A stretch of DNA of 64,000 bases, taken from contig CP084167.1 in assembly GCA_021513715.1 (NCBI GenBank), forward strand, positions 1,376,001 through 1,440,000, in the 5' to 3' direction. This DNA is from Candidatus Heimdallarchaeum endolithica. GTDB lineage: Archaea > Asgardarchaeota > Heimdallarchaeia > Heimdallarchaeales > Heimdallarchaeaceae. The translations under genes and the position numbers were made by a program. The notes below the pieces were generated by a model. It saw only the letters and a list, made by a program, of their open reading frames with translations. It did no database searches and was not told the origin of the DNA. Below are positions 28,125-38,658 of the stretch, piece after piece (positions within the stretch are counted from its first letter, which is position 1; each line of letters starts with the position of its first letter).

Positions 28125-31100
28125 TTAAAATTGTTTTCTTCTTAAAACATAAACCAAAGCCAATAGACTCATAAGTCCAACAAATATTGATGGATAAGGT
28201 GTACTTGATGTTTCAGTATCTGTATGTTCAGGAGCAGCAGTCTTATACAGTACATAATCAGCATCTAACACGTTACCAAAATCATCTACTGCATATACAT
28301 GAATAATATTCTTTTCTAGCGTTAGATGATAAGGATATATTCTAAATGAAGCAGATTTTGCTCCAATTGAGAGTTGCACTTCTTCTCCATTTAATGTTAC
28401 TGAGTAGTTATGTGCTGAACTTAACTCATCCTTGATTGTAAAGTCCATATAAGTCCCAGTCATTGCAGAACCATTTGTCCATCCTCCACTGCCAATAAGT
28501 ATTGGAGGAGTACTGTCTCTGATAAATAGACCTAGATATTTGTCATCAGAGGTTAATATTGTAAAGATGTATTTTCCATCTTTGTCTAGTGTCATTGAAT
28601 AGGTATATTTTCCAGTTCCTGCACTTGTTAGACTAACTTCTGTCATTGTTTCTGTGCCATTTGCGTCAACATAGATTAATGAAGCACTTAATGATGTTGA
28701 AGAAGGTACTGCTGTTATATCAAAATCAACTTTATTATCAGATCTTGTTGTATGAACTACAACTTTATTATCTGCAAGTAACCAATGGATGAGATTGTCT
28801 GCAAAAATAGCGTTTGTAGTTCCATCATTATAGTTTTCAACAAAACCTTCTGTGTCTATAAAGAAGTTAGTTGTACAAACAACAACTCGTCCTCCATTCT
28901 CATTTTCAAATGCTGCAGCTGTTGCTTCACCTTCAAATTCTAATAATTCAACAGCAGTTCCTGTAGTTGTCAATGAAGTTCCATAATGATCTACTTTTGT
29001 TACATTTTCAGTAATTCTGTGAAGATTCCTTACATATGAAATTAAAGGTTCTTCAAAACTGTAATAACCTGTATCTACTTGAATGTCGTAAGGCTCAATA
29101 AGTTTGTTTACAACTGAAACATTGTTTCCAATAACTAAACTATAATCAGGATCTTTTGTGGCTCCTAAAAGATCAATGAATAATGAACCTCCATTTTCTA
29201 CATAATCCTGAATAGCTGTAATCTCATCAGCTGTTAGTGCTCCATATGTTTCTGCTTTAGTAGATGGAAAATTAGGATACATAATATTAAATGGATCAGC
29301 GAACCAAAGAGCATCATAATCAGCTAACAATTCTGAAGTTATTTCTCCTTTAGTTACTTCACTAACTGCTATTCCCTTGCTGTTTAGATCTTCAATAAAG
29401 TAAATGTATTGACCTAGTAAGTGATCTGTTCCCCAGTTTGTATGCATCTTTGCGAGTAAAATTCTCTTTTCTCCGGGTATAACTTTTACTTTAATTATTG
29501 TTTCTGCTGTAACTCCTTTAGCTGTTTCAAAAGTTATTTTTCCTTCGTAATCGCCTACAGCAGCGTTTTGAGGAACATCAAAAACAAGTTCATAATTCTT
29601 GTCCCACGGATCAGTTGCAGGAGTAGTGTTTAATGTTGCTATTTGGGTAATTGTACCAGATAAGACTGGAGCCTTATCTTCCCAAGGAGTGGAAGATACA
29701 GATTTAACATAAATAGAAGCTTGGAATCCTTGATTCATCTGTTGATAAAATGGCACGTCAATTTCTGGAATGGCCCACAAAAGTACTGGAAAATCACTAT
29801 CATTTTTTGGAGCTGCTTCTATTATATCTAATGCTTTTCCTAGATCAGGAACCCCTGCACCAAATTTTAAGTAGTCTAATCCTTGATCATCTGCTGAAAG
29901 CATCATTGCAGTTTTTACCATTCCTGCATCATAAGCAATTCCTTCCCCTTTTAAAGCATCGATAAGAACAGCAGCTGCACCAGTAATTGCAGGAGTTGCC
30001 ATTGATGTCCCTTGCATGGAAACATAGGCAGTAGAACTTGCAATACCACAACTCATAATACCCATACCAGGAGCAGCCAAATCAGGTTTAACATATCCGT
30101 CAGCAGTAGGACCTACAGAACTGAAATAAGCTTGTCCTTGCCCTGTTTGCTTAGTTGCAGCAACAGAAATACTTTGAGCTTCAGCTCCAGGAGACTCTAC
30201 TGTGTAGTAGTTTGTTCCACTGTTTCCTGCGGCAACAGCTACAAGAATATTGTTAAAGTAAAGCTCTCTAATCATTGCTTCTTCAACATCTTGTCCTTCA
30301 GTATCTGGTCCACCCCAACTAAGGTTTATAACATTAATATCAGTTCCATTTTCCTTTAATTCTAAAGCATATTCAAAAGCAGCAATAAAAGCTTCAGGTG
30401 GAGCAGGACTACCTAAACGCCCAACAAGTATCTTTGCTTCAGGAGCCATTCCGATGTAGGCTGGATTTGCTATACCTGCACCAGCCATAATTCCTGCTGT
30501 GTGAGTACCATGTCCGTCTTCATCTTCTATACTAGGATCATTAATATCGTATCCGTTCTCTTTGGTAATGAAAGATTTACTTTCTCCCATTATTCTCCCC
30601 TGAAAATCTACATGGTTAATATTAATTCCAGAATCGATATCATAGGCTATAATACTATCTCCTTCGTATCCTAAGTCCCATAAGAAACTAACATTTAAAA
30701 TGTCTGCAGTTTGTTGAGTAAATTTAATTTTTTCAGCATTGGACACAAGATAGACTGGATTTTCAGGTGGTTTAATTTGTGTATATCTAGTATTAGTTAC
30801 ATCAAAAACGTTTATTACGCCGTCAATTGATTTCAAGTTTTCCTTTTCACTTAGCATATCTTCAACAATCACCATTTTCAGATGAGGATAGACTCGTTTT
30901 ACATTATATTGAAAAACAAAATTCTCCAAAGCTCTATGATTTGAGAAGTGAATAACATATTTTCTCAAAGAATCTATAAATGGTTGTTGAATTTCAATTT
31001 TTCTAGGTTCAATTGACATTTCAGAACTTTTTTGTTCTGTATTTGCATGAAGAATTGAACCAGATTGAACTAAAATAAGCAATATTGTTATTGTACTGAA

Positions 31101-31166
31101 CACATAAATTATCTTTTTGTGGTTCATGATACAAACTTTTTTGGAATATTCATAAAGTTTACTCAA
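28125..31166 (-). CDS. Membrane-anchored S8 subtilisin with Site-1-protease-like domain architecture
   Basis: Triad IDSGI / HGTHTAG / GTSMATP; oxyanion AAGN; downstream DUF4350/GATase-like domain (EITAIQDYVENGGSL); C-terminal TM plus basic tail. Confidence 0.85.
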   Translation of the reverse strand: MSKLYEYSKKVCIMNHKKIIYVFSTITILLILVQSGSILHANTEQKSSEMSIEPRKIEIQQPFIDSLRKYVIHFSNHRALENFVFQYNVKRVYPHLKMVIVEDMLSEKENLKSIDGVINVFDVTNTRYTQIKPPENPVYLVSNAEKIKFTQQTADILNVSFLWDLGYEGDSIIAYDIDSGININHVDFQGRIMGESKSFITKENGYDINDPSIEDEDGHGTHTAGIMAGAGIANPAYIGMAPEAKILVGRLGSPAPPEAFIAAFEYALELKENGTDINVINLSWGGPDTEGQDVEEAMIRELYFNNILVAVAAGNSGTNYYTVESPGAEAQSISVAATKQTGQGQAYFSSVGPTADGYVKPDLAAPGMGIMSCGIASSTAYVSMQGTSMATPAITGAAAVLIDALKGEGIAYDAGMVKTAMMLSADDQGLDYLKFGAGVPDLGKALDIIEAAPKNDSDFPVLLWAIPEIDVPFYQQMNQGFQASIYVKSVSSTPWEDKAPVLSGTITQIATLNTTPATDPWDKNYELVFDVPQNAAVGDYEGKITFETAKGVTAETIIKVKVIPGEKRILLAKMHTNWGTDHLLGQYIYFIEDLNSKGIAVSEVTKGEITSELLADYDALWFADPFNIMYPNFPSTKAETYGALTADEITAIQDYVENGGSLFIDLLGATKDPDYSLVIGNNVSVVNKLIEPYDIQVDTGYYSFEEPLISYVRNLHRITENVTKVDHYGTSLTTTGTAVELLEFEGEATAAAFENENGGRVVVCTTNFFIDTEGFVENYNDGTTNAIFADNLIHWLLADNKVVVHTTRSDNKVDFDITAVPSSTSLSASLIYVDANGTETMTEVSLTSAGTGKYTYSMTLDKDGKYIFTILTSDDKYLGLFIRDSTPPILIGSGGWTNGSAMTGTYMDFTIKDELSSAHNYSVTLNGEEVQLSIGAKSASFRIYPYHLTLEKNIIHVYAVDDFGNVLDADYVLYKTAAPEHTDTETSSTPYPSIFVGLMSLLALVYVLRRKQF

Positions 31167-31344
31167 AAAAGTGCTTTTAATTATCTAAATAAATTGCTAA
31201 GTAAATATCTATTGATAAAAAAGTCGTACCAAAATTTTAAAAAATACCATTAAAACCTACATATTAGCATCTAGTAACTATTGTATCTATTATTTAAGAA
31301 TTTAACTATTAAATTAACAATAAGAATTTAACAGAAGTGGAAAA

Positions 31345-32391
31345 ATGAGTGAAAAAATAGGAATCGTTGCTTATGGAGTATATATTCCAAGAAATAGGAT
31401 TACTGTCGATGAGATCGCCAGTGTATGGGGAGAAGATGCAAACGAAATAAAAATGCAATTACAAGTTTTTGAAAAATCAGTTCCTTTCCCAGATGAAGAC
31501 GTAGCAACCATGGCTGTTGAGGCAGCTCGTAATGCAATAAAACAATGGAGAGGAGAATCAGAAAAAATAGGTGCAATATATGTTGGAAGTGAATCCCATC
31601 CATATGCAGTTAAGCCAACAGCAACAATTGTAGCTGCTGCTATAGGGGCAGAAGGACAAACAACTGCAGCGGATCTAGAATTTGCATGTAAAGCAGGAAC
31701 TGCAGGAATGCAAATGTGTTTTGGATTAATGCAATCAAACATGATTAAAGTTGGTCTAGCTATAGGTTCTGATAGTAGTCAAGCTAAACCAAAAGACCCG
31801 TTAGAATACACTGCTGGAGCAGGAAGTGCCGCATTCTTAATTGGTAAGCAGAATGTGATTGCAGAACTTGAGGGGATGTATTCCTATACTTCTGACACTC
31901 CAGACTTTTGGAGAAGAGAAGGAGCAACTTTTCCATCCCATGGGCAAAGGTTTACTGGTATGCCTGCATATTTTGATCACATTATCAAAGCAACAAAGGG
32001 ATTACTTGAAAAGATTAATAGAAAACCTGAAGATTATGATTATGTAACTTTTCATCAGCCAAACACTAAGTTTCCTTTAAGAGTAGCTAAAATGTTAGGT
32101 TTTTCTAAAGAGCAAGTTGAAAAAAGTTTAGCATGTAAATATATAGGAAACACATATTCTGCTTCATCAATGATAGGTTTTGCTAAAATTTTAGACGATG
32201 CACAGCCAGGTGACAGAGTTCTTGTAACTTCATATGGAAGTGGAGCAGGAAGTGATTCCTTTTCTTTTAGAATTACAGAAAATATAGAAAAGATAAGAGA
32301 TAGATCTAAAACTGTTCAATATTATATCGAAAATAAAAGAAATATCAGCTATGGTCTCTATTCCCGATATAAAGGAATTTTAAAGGTGTAG
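31345..32391 (+). CDS. mvaS: Hydroxymethylglutaryl-CoA synthase (archaeal type)
   Basis: [11 protein letters not shown]; [10 protein letters not shown]; FHQPNTKFP; SYGSGAGSD. Confidence 0.95.
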   Translation: MSEKIGIVAYGVYIPRNRITVDEIASVWGEDANEIKMQLQVFEKSVPFPDEDVATMAVEAARNAIKQWRGESEKIGAIYVGSESHPYAVKPTATIVAAAIGAEGQTTAADLEFACKAGTAGMQMCFGLMQSNMIKVGLAIGSDSSQAKPKDPLEYTAGAGSAAFLIGKQNVIAELEGMYSYTSDTPDFWRREGATFPSHGQRFTGMPAYFDHIIKATKGLLEKINRKPEDYDYVTFHQPNTKFPLRVAKMLGFSKEQVEKSLACKYIGNTYSASSMIGFAKILDDAQPGDRVLVTSYGSGAGSDSFSFRITENIEKIRDRSKTVQYYIENKRNISYGLYSRYKGILKV

Positions 32392-32393
32392 TT

Positions 32394-33566
32394 ATGAGTA
32401 ATGAAGTATACATAATTGGAACTGGACAAACAAAATTTGGTGAATTTTTTGATTTAAATATAGGTGATCTTGCTTCTGAAGCAGTTAGCAAAGCGATAAA
32501 AAATGCGGGAATAGGAAAAAATGAGATACGAACACTATTTATCGGTTCAACAGTATCAAATTCTCTCTCTCAATCATCAATAGGTGGAATTTGTACTAGA
32601 AGTTGCAGTTTATCTTCTAATGCATATAGAATTGAATCAGGAAATGCTAGCGGTGCAGCTGCATTTCATCACGCTTTTTTAAGCATAAAGAGTGGGTTAT
32701 ATGACGTTGTTGTTGTATTAGGTATAGACAAATTATCAGATTACGTACAGAACGGAACAATTGAAAAAATTTTAGCCTCATCTATTGATTACCAGTGGGA
32801 ATACGAAATGGGAGCTACTCTCACTGGATTATACTCCTTTCTAACTCAAGCTCATATGGAAAAATATGGAACAACGTTAGAACAACTAGCTTATATTCCA
32901 ACAAAAAACCATCAAAATGGCGTTTTAAACCCGAAAGCTCAATATAGGTATGCTATCCCAATAGAAAAATTTCTTAATGCAAAGAGAATTGCTGACCCTA
33001 TTGGTCGATTTGATATAGCAACTCCATGTGATGGTGCAGCAGCGATAATATTAGCTTCTGAAAGATATATTGAAAACAAAAAAACCCATTCTTATAAAGT
33101 TAAAATTCTCTCTTCATCTGTTGGATCAGATACTCTAGCTTTACAACACAGAGAAAAGCTAACAGAATTAAAAGCAACTAAAATCGCAGCAAATGATGCC
33201 TATCACAAAGCAAAACTTACAGCTAGTGACATTAATTTGGCAGAAGTGCATGATTCACATCCAATTGGAGAAATATTAGCAATAGAAGATCTTGGGCTAG
33301 TACCAAAAGGAGAGGGAGGAAAAGCAAGTGTAGAAGGGTTAACTGCTTTGAATGGGAAAATAACTGTTAATCCAAGTGGAGGATTAAAAGCTAGAGGAGA
33401 TCCCTTTGGAGCGACAGGAATAGCACAATTGATAGAAATCGTTGAACAGATAAGAGGAAATGCTGGAAAAAGGCAAGTCAATGATGTACAATATGGGTTA
33501 ACTCAAAATGTTATGGGAACAGGAGTCATGTCCTACGTTTCTATTCTAGGAAGAGGTGAAAATTAA
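32394..33566 (+). CDS. Thiolase-family protein of the HMGCS-thiolase-DUF35 operon (active-site motifs altered)
   Basis: IGTGQTKFGE; DGAAAIIL; AEVHD; VNPSGGLKARG; ESGNASG and RGDP in place of ExACASG and GHP. Confidence 0.85.
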   Translation: MSNEVYIIGTGQTKFGEFFDLNIGDLASEAVSKAIKNAGIGKNEIRTLFIGSTVSNSLSQSSIGGICTRSCSLSSNAYRIESGNASGAAAFHHAFLSIKSGLYDVVVVLGIDKLSDYVQNGTIEKILASSIDYQWEYEMGATLTGLYSFLTQAHMEKYGTTLEQLAYIPTKNHQNGVLNPKAQYRYAIPIEKFLNAKRIADPIGRFDIATPCDGAAAIILASERYIENKKTHSYKVKILSSSVGSDTLALQHREKLTELKATKIAANDAYHKAKLTASDINLAEVHDSHPIGEILAIEDLGLVPKGEGGKASVEGLTALNGKITVNPSGGLKARGDPFGATGIAQLIEIVEQIRGNAGKRQVNDVQYGLTQNVMGTGVMSYVSILGRGEN

Positions 33567-33955
33567 TGGAACCACCAAAAATTTGGAGAGAACGTAAAGA
33601 AAGATATTTAGGCATAGGAATTATGTGTGAAGATTGCAAAAAGAAGAATTTCCCAAAGACAAGAATATGCCCTGATTGTGGAAGTGAAAACGTAAAGCCC
33701 TATAAAATAGCAGAGAGAGGTACTTTAAAGTATTTCACGCAAATCATGAATACAGGAGATGAACTTGTCTTCAACACCCCATATGTTGTAGGTTTAGTAG
33801 AACTAGAAGATGGTATTAAGGTTACAGCACAGATTGTCGATTGTGATTTCAAAGATCTAAAAAAAGGAATTAAATTAGAACAAACATTTCGTGTAATAGC
33901 AAGAAATGGAAAAGAAGGATTAATCAAATATGGTTTCAAGTTTAGACCTATCTAA
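33566..33955 (+). CDS. DUF35 Zn-ribbon/OB-fold scaffold protein
   Basis: CEDC...CPDC; PYVVGLVELEDG; YGFKFRP; third gene of the operon. Confidence 0.93.
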   Translation: MEPPKIWRERKERYLGIGIMCEDCKKKNFPKTRICPDCGSENVKPYKIAERGTLKYFTQIMNTGDELVFNTPYVVGLVELEDGIKVTAQIVDCDFKDLKKGIKLEQTFRVIARNGKEGLIKYGFKFRPI

Positions 33956-33965
33956 ACTTTTTTTT

Positions 33966-35315
33966 TCATAGATCTAAATGTATAAACGAATGAATCTTTA
34001 GTTTTTTTTCTTTTAACTTCTCAATTGCTTGATTGTAATCATGTTTATAAGTATGAATATCCCCGGCATGAAAGCCATGTATTCCCCCTTGAATTAAATC
34101 ATGAACAACGAGAAAACCTACTCCACACCCACCTTTTTCTTTAGGACAGTAAAATGCAGAAGAATTTTCAAATGAAAGTTCAATAGATATCTTTAGATTT
34201 TTAACAATTGTATTAGGTATAGAATTTTCTACTTTATCAAAACCACAGAATGGACACCTAGAAGAATAAAATTGGCTCAATATTTCTTTACTTTTATTAT
34301 ATATTGACTCAAAGAAGTATCCTGAAGATAGGAACATAAGATTTTGCTCATCAAATTTCTTAATTTCAGGAAGCTTATGTACAGAAAAAAGCTCTTCAAT
34401 TGTAGCTATTTCAAACAAATTTTTGAATCCTTCAACTGTAGTCTTGATTACACCAATTTCAGAAAAGTTGTCTTTAATTGAAGAGGGCTTTAAATAGGGC
34501 TCTACTTCAGTAGATGAAATGTTGAAAACAACAAAATCTGTATTTTCTGGAAAAGTGGTAGTCTTAGGTCCATAGTGATGAATCAAGAAATCCATTAATA
34601 TTGGTTTTACTTCATTATCATGTGTATCAACTAAAAAAATAAACATTAAATCTCTATCACGAAATTGAATTACTAAAGGAGGAAGAGAAGATTTATCTAA
34701 ATGTAAAGTTTTCATTATTCCTAATCTTCGTTTTGAAAGAATATTTTCAATAGATCTTACTGTTAGTAAAGTAGATTCAGAAACACTATAAGGAACAGGT
34801 TTGGAAACAGTTATTCCCTGATCTGTCAAAGATTGTTCAAAATCATCTCCCCAATTTTCTTTCATCCATTGCCATGGAATAAAAACAACATTCTTTCGCT
34901 TATACCAAGTTTTAGATATTCTTGTTTCTCCATCGTAGTAATAGAATAATGGGTGATTTTTTGATGATTTTTCATTAATTATAACAGGTACAGCGACCAT
35001 ATCAGAGTATTTAGAACAATTTTCATGATCGATACCTAAACTCAAAGCACGAATACAACTTAGTAACTTCAAAGCTGGTTCTTGAAGTTTCATTTCTACT
35101 TCATCTTCAGTTCCTTGAAAAGGGTCCTCTGTTTCTCCACTTTTTGCTTTAATACAAAGAAGAAGATTACCCTTGTGTGCACAAAGTACAACTCTTTTAT
35201 AGCTTTGATAATAGTCTACATCTTTTGTATAGATTGTACAAATTTCAGTTCTAAACCCATGATCATTAAGGAAGGCTTCAATTAATTTCATGAAATTTGT
35301 TTTAAATATCGACAT
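33966..35315 (-). CDS. Hypothetical protein with C-terminal Zn-ribbon
   Basis: 449-aa ORF; CPFC...CPKEKGGCG. Confidence 0.65.
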   Translation of the reverse strand: MSIFKTNFMKLIEAFLNDHGFRTEICTIYTKDVDYYQSYKRVVLCAHKGNLLLCIKAKSGETEDPFQGTEDEVEMKLQEPALKLLSCIRALSLGIDHENCSKYSDMVAVPVIINEKSSKNHPLFYYYDGETRISKTWYKRKNVVFIPWQWMKENWGDDFEQSLTDQGITVSKPVPYSVSESTLLTVRSIENILSKRRLGIMKTLHLDKSSLPPLVIQFRDRDLMFIFLVDTHDNEVKPILMDFLIHHYGPKTTTFPENTDFVVFNISSTEVEPYLKPSSIKDNFSEIGVIKTTVEGFKNLFEIATIEELFSVHKLPEIKKFDEQNLMFLSSGYFFESIYNKSKEILSQFYSSRCPFCGFDKVENSIPNTIVKNLKISIELSFENSSAFYCPKEKGGCGVGFLVVHDLIQGGIHGFHAGDIHTYKHDYNQAIEKLKEKKLKIHSFIHLDL

Positions 35316-35568
35316 TATCTTATTTGGGTGACAATCCTATAAAAGGATAATGGATTCTAATGTGTTACTTTTCTCATTTACCTGTAGTAAATTATCATTT
35401 TGTTAAAAATTAAACCTTTTAATATCAAAAACAAACATATATTCTTTTATTTATTTACCATTACCACTTTTCATCAGACACAATGCATTTATAATTTTTC
35501 ACAATTACATTTACAAAAAAAATATATAAAAGAATATAAAAGGGTCTTTTTGTTTCAAATCGAAGAAA

Positions 35569-36447
35569 ATGAGTATCAAATTATTAACTGATTCAACAAC
35601 GTCTATCCCAAAAAGTTACTTAGATGAAAATGGAATAGCATTGTTAGAGCTATTAATTGAAATAGATGGTGAGCTAAAAAAAGAAATTTCTGACGTTAAC
35701 ATTGACCAATTTATCGAGCAAATAGACAATGAAGAAAAACCTTACACCACTAGTATGAGTTCCCCACAACATGTTATTGAAACTTTTAATTCAATAATTG
35801 AAGAGGGTTACTCTACTATCCTATATCCTTATATGACTTCTCAAACATCAAGCCAGATTAATGCAGTAAACATAGCTAAAAAGCGTATCAACGGAAAATT
35901 AGATATAAAATATTACAATACTCAGTTAGCTGGCCCTGCTGTAGCTCCTTTCATCCTTTATGGTGATAAGATGCTTAAAGAAGAATTAAGTATTGAAGAA
36001 ATTACCACTGTTTTTGATAGATTAAAAGAACAAATCTATACTTTAGGTTTTTCTGAAAATTTTAATGCTTTGTTTAGAACAGGAAAGGTCAAAAAAAATC
36101 TAAAAATGCAAGTTGTCTCAAACATGCTAAATATCAAACCTTTGTTCCAGATTTGTGTTGGAAAAGGAGTAGAAGGATTTGGTGGAGGAATGGGGTTCAA
36201 TGGTGCTGTAAAAAAAATTAAGGAAAAAATAATCAATGACACCGATAAAAACACAATTTACAACCTAATTTTAACCCATTCACATGCAGAAAAGAATCTT
36301 AAAGTTCTTGAAAATGAAATAAAGAATATTAGAAATATTAGAAAAGTAAATTATTTTACAATTCCTCCAGTAATTGTTAATACAGTGGGTAAAGGAGCAA
36401 TAATAGCCACCTTATACCCAATTTATGAAACTTTTGTTAAAAAGTAG
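35569..36447 (+). CDS. DegV/FakB family fatty-acid-binding protein
   Basis: IKLLTDSTTSIP; YTTSMSSP; LFRTGKV; LNIKPL; IPPVIVNTVGKGA. Confidence 0.88.
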   Translation: MSIKLLTDSTTSIPKSYLDENGIALLELLIEIDGELKKEISDVNIDQFIEQIDNEEKPYTTSMSSPQHVIETFNSIIEEGYSTILYPYMTSQTSSQINAVNIAKKRINGKLDIKYYNTQLAGPAVAPFILYGDKMLKEELSIEEITTVFDRLKEQIYTLGFSENFNALFRTGKVKKNLKMQVVSNMLNIKPLFQICVGKGVEGFGGGMGFNGAVKKIKEKIINDTDKNTIYNLILTHSHAEKNLKVLENEIKNIRNIRKVNYFTIPPVIVNTVGKGAIIATLYPIYETFVKK

Positions 36448-37345
36448 ATTTTCTTTTATTTTGGGTGAAAAACAGATGAAAAAGAAAAGAAAAACTAAAT
36501 TTGATTTACTAGGCATTTCAGAGTTTGAAAAAATTAGCGAGGAAATTTTTGTTGAAATGTCTGATCATTCAAAACTCAGAATCCTACATGTTTCAAGTGA
36601 AAAAGAATCTGCTTATACTATCTTAGTTATTGCAGGTTGGGCATCTATTCCCCTAGGTTGGAATGACTTTCTACTGGAAGCGAGGAATAATTTTGAAATT
36701 TTCTATTTAGAAACAAGAGAAAAGAAATCTAGCATCCTTCAACAAGATTCAATAAATAATATAGAGAGAATGGCATTAGATATTTGTGAAACTGTAGAAA
36801 AACTTAATTTAAAACAGGAGAGACTAATATTATTAAGTTCATCTTTTGGAACAATTTTAACAGCTCATGCTTTGTCTTATAATAGAATTAAACCTTTTCA
36901 TACTATTTTAATTGGCCCAATTGCAAAAGTAGAAATGCCTCCTTTGATTGGATATCTTATAAAAGTTCTTCCAATTCCTATCTTACGCTTATATAAACCA
37001 TTTGGCAAATTATGGGTAAAGCTGTTTAAGAGTGAATCAGAAGAACAAGCAGCTAAATATCTCCGTGTATTAAAAGAAGCTGATGAAGTTAAGTGGAAGA
37101 ACATTGGAAAAGTAATAGCACAAAAAGAATATTGGGAAACTTACGAAAAAATAAACCAATATCCTATACTAATAATTGACGAAAGCAAGGATAAAATGCA
37201 TGACACTAAAGTTACTAGAAAAATTAACTCTTTGATTAAAAGTTCTAAGTATGTTGACCTTCATACAAATTATTTTACCCATTCTGCAGATATGGCTCAT
37301 TTTCTACTTGAGTTCATAAAAAACCCAGAAATAGGACAAATGTGA
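36425..37345 (+). CDS. Alpha/beta hydrolase (start probably at MKKKRK, ~36476)
   Basis: IAGWAS oxyanion; LSSSFG nucleophile elbow; DKMH; C-terminal TH. Confidence 0.75.
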   Translation: MKLLLKSRFSFILGEKQMKKKRKTKFDLLGISEFEKISEEIFVEMSDHSKLRILHVSSEKESAYTILVIAGWASIPLGWNDFLLEARNNFEIFYLETREKKSSILQQDSINNIERMALDICETVEKLNLKQERLILLSSSFGTILTAHALSYNRIKPFHTILIGPIAKVEMPPLIGYLIKVLPIPILRLYKPFGKLWVKLFKSESEEQAAKYLRVLKEADEVKWKNIGKVIAQKEYWETYEKINQYPILIIDESKDKMHDTKVTRKINSLIKSSKYVDLHTNYFTHSADMAHFLLEFIKNPEIGQM

Positions 37346-37450
37346 TTTTGTCGGAACACCAACCTATATTTTTTCTTGTTTTTCAATTTTCATCAATATG
37401 GAAATGCTTATATCTAAATCTATTAGAAGAAACTTAAAGGTGAATAATCT

Positions 37451-37846
37451 ATGCCCTATCAATGGTTGAAAAGAAGCCGCAGAAAATTGTCAGGTGGATT
37501 AATAAAGAAATCAGCATCAAAGAAAAAACGAGATATGGGTCGATATCCAGCTGAAACACAAATAGGTAAAAGAAAGCTTAAGATTATTAGAACAAGAGGA
37601 GGAAACGTTAAACAACGCCTATTACGTGATAGTTACGCAAATATTTTCGATCCAGAAGAAAAAATATCAAAAAAAGTTAAAATCACTAACGTTTTAGAAA
37701 ATAGAGCAAACAGAGAGTATGCAAGAAGAAGAATCATCACAAAAGGTTGTATCATCGAAACTGAAATAGGAAACGCTAAGGTTACAAGCAGACCTGGACA
37801 AGATGGACAGATCAATGCTGTTTTAATTGAAAAGAAAGCAGATTAG
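37451..37846 (+). CDS. rps8e: 30S ribosomal protein S8e
   Basis: RSRRKLSGG; IRTRGGN; [13 protein letters not shown]; VTSRPGQDG. Confidence 0.97.
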   Translation: MPYQWLKRSRRKLSGGLIKKSASKKKRDMGRYPAETQIGKRKLKIIRTRGGNVKQRLLRDSYANIFDPEEKISKKVKITNVLENRANREYARRRIITKGCIIETEIGNAKVTSRPGQDGQINAVLIEKKAD

Positions 37847-37918
37847 CTTTCAACCATTTTAATTTATTTATTTTTCTAAAAACAAACTATATATTTTTAC
37901 TAAAAATAAACTTTACAA

Positions 37919-38200
37919 TTAGAATCTCTTTTTCTTTTGTTTTCTTCTTTTTTTAGGTTGAAGAGAATATAAAATTGTTTCAGAAGATAAATATTCTTGT
38001 GCACCTTCTTTTAATTTTACACTCACATAAGGAGATCTTACAGGTCCAAAAATATCATTTACAACCCCTATATGTACCATTTTCTCTGTCACTACAGCAC
38101 TACCTATTTTTGGAAGTTTATCAGGAGATTTAATTATTAAATTCCCAAGATCACTAATGTGAAGATAATTTCCTAATTTCTTTATTGGGGGTGTATTCAT
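37919..38200 (-). CDS. gar1: H/ACA RNP protein Gar1
   Basis: IGVVNDIFGPVRSPYVSVK. Confidence 0.92.
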   Translation of the reverse strand: MNTPPIKKLGNYLHISDLGNLIIKSPDKLPKIGSAVVTEKMVHIGVVNDIFGPVRSPYVSVKLKEGAQEYLSSETILYSLQPKKRRKQKKKRF

Positions 38201-38207
38201 GTACTAA

Positions 38208-38537
38208 TCACTTTTTTTTCTTTGTTTTTCCACTTTGTTGTGTCTTTTTCTTTAGTTTCCTTGCTATATTTGCAACATCATTAATTAACACTGATTTGTT
38301 TTTTGCAGATTCAGGATTTATTAAGATTCTTCCTTCACTATTCCACCAGTTCTTAGAATATTTTTTCTCTTTTTCTACAACATAATCATAATTAAGATGT
38401 TTACAAGCGAAAACAAGCTTTGCGAGAGAACAATCGTCTACAGCTTTGTTTTTTGGAACTTTTCTTCCTTGATTCCGCGTAAGTTTCTTATCGAAATATT
38501 CAGGATATAGAACGAAATACCTCTTTTTACGAAGCAT
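38208..38537 (-). CDS. srp19: Signal recognition particle protein SRP19
   Basis: VLYPEYFDKKLTRNQGRKVPKNKAV; KKYSKNWW.SEGRI. Confidence 0.93.
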   Translation of the reverse strand: MLRKKRYFVLYPEYFDKKLTRNQGRKVPKNKAVDDCSLAKLVFACKHLNYDYVVEKEKKYSKNWWNSEGRILINPESAKNKSVLINDVANIARKLKKKTQQSGKTKKKK

Positions 38538-38658
38538 GATAAATGTTTTGAAACTTTGCTAATAATCTTTTGGGTGCTGAACATTGCCTTAATTACTTAA
38601 AAAATGCTTTAAAAAAGACAGTTCGATTAAGAAAGAAGAGAATAACATAGTTGAATAA

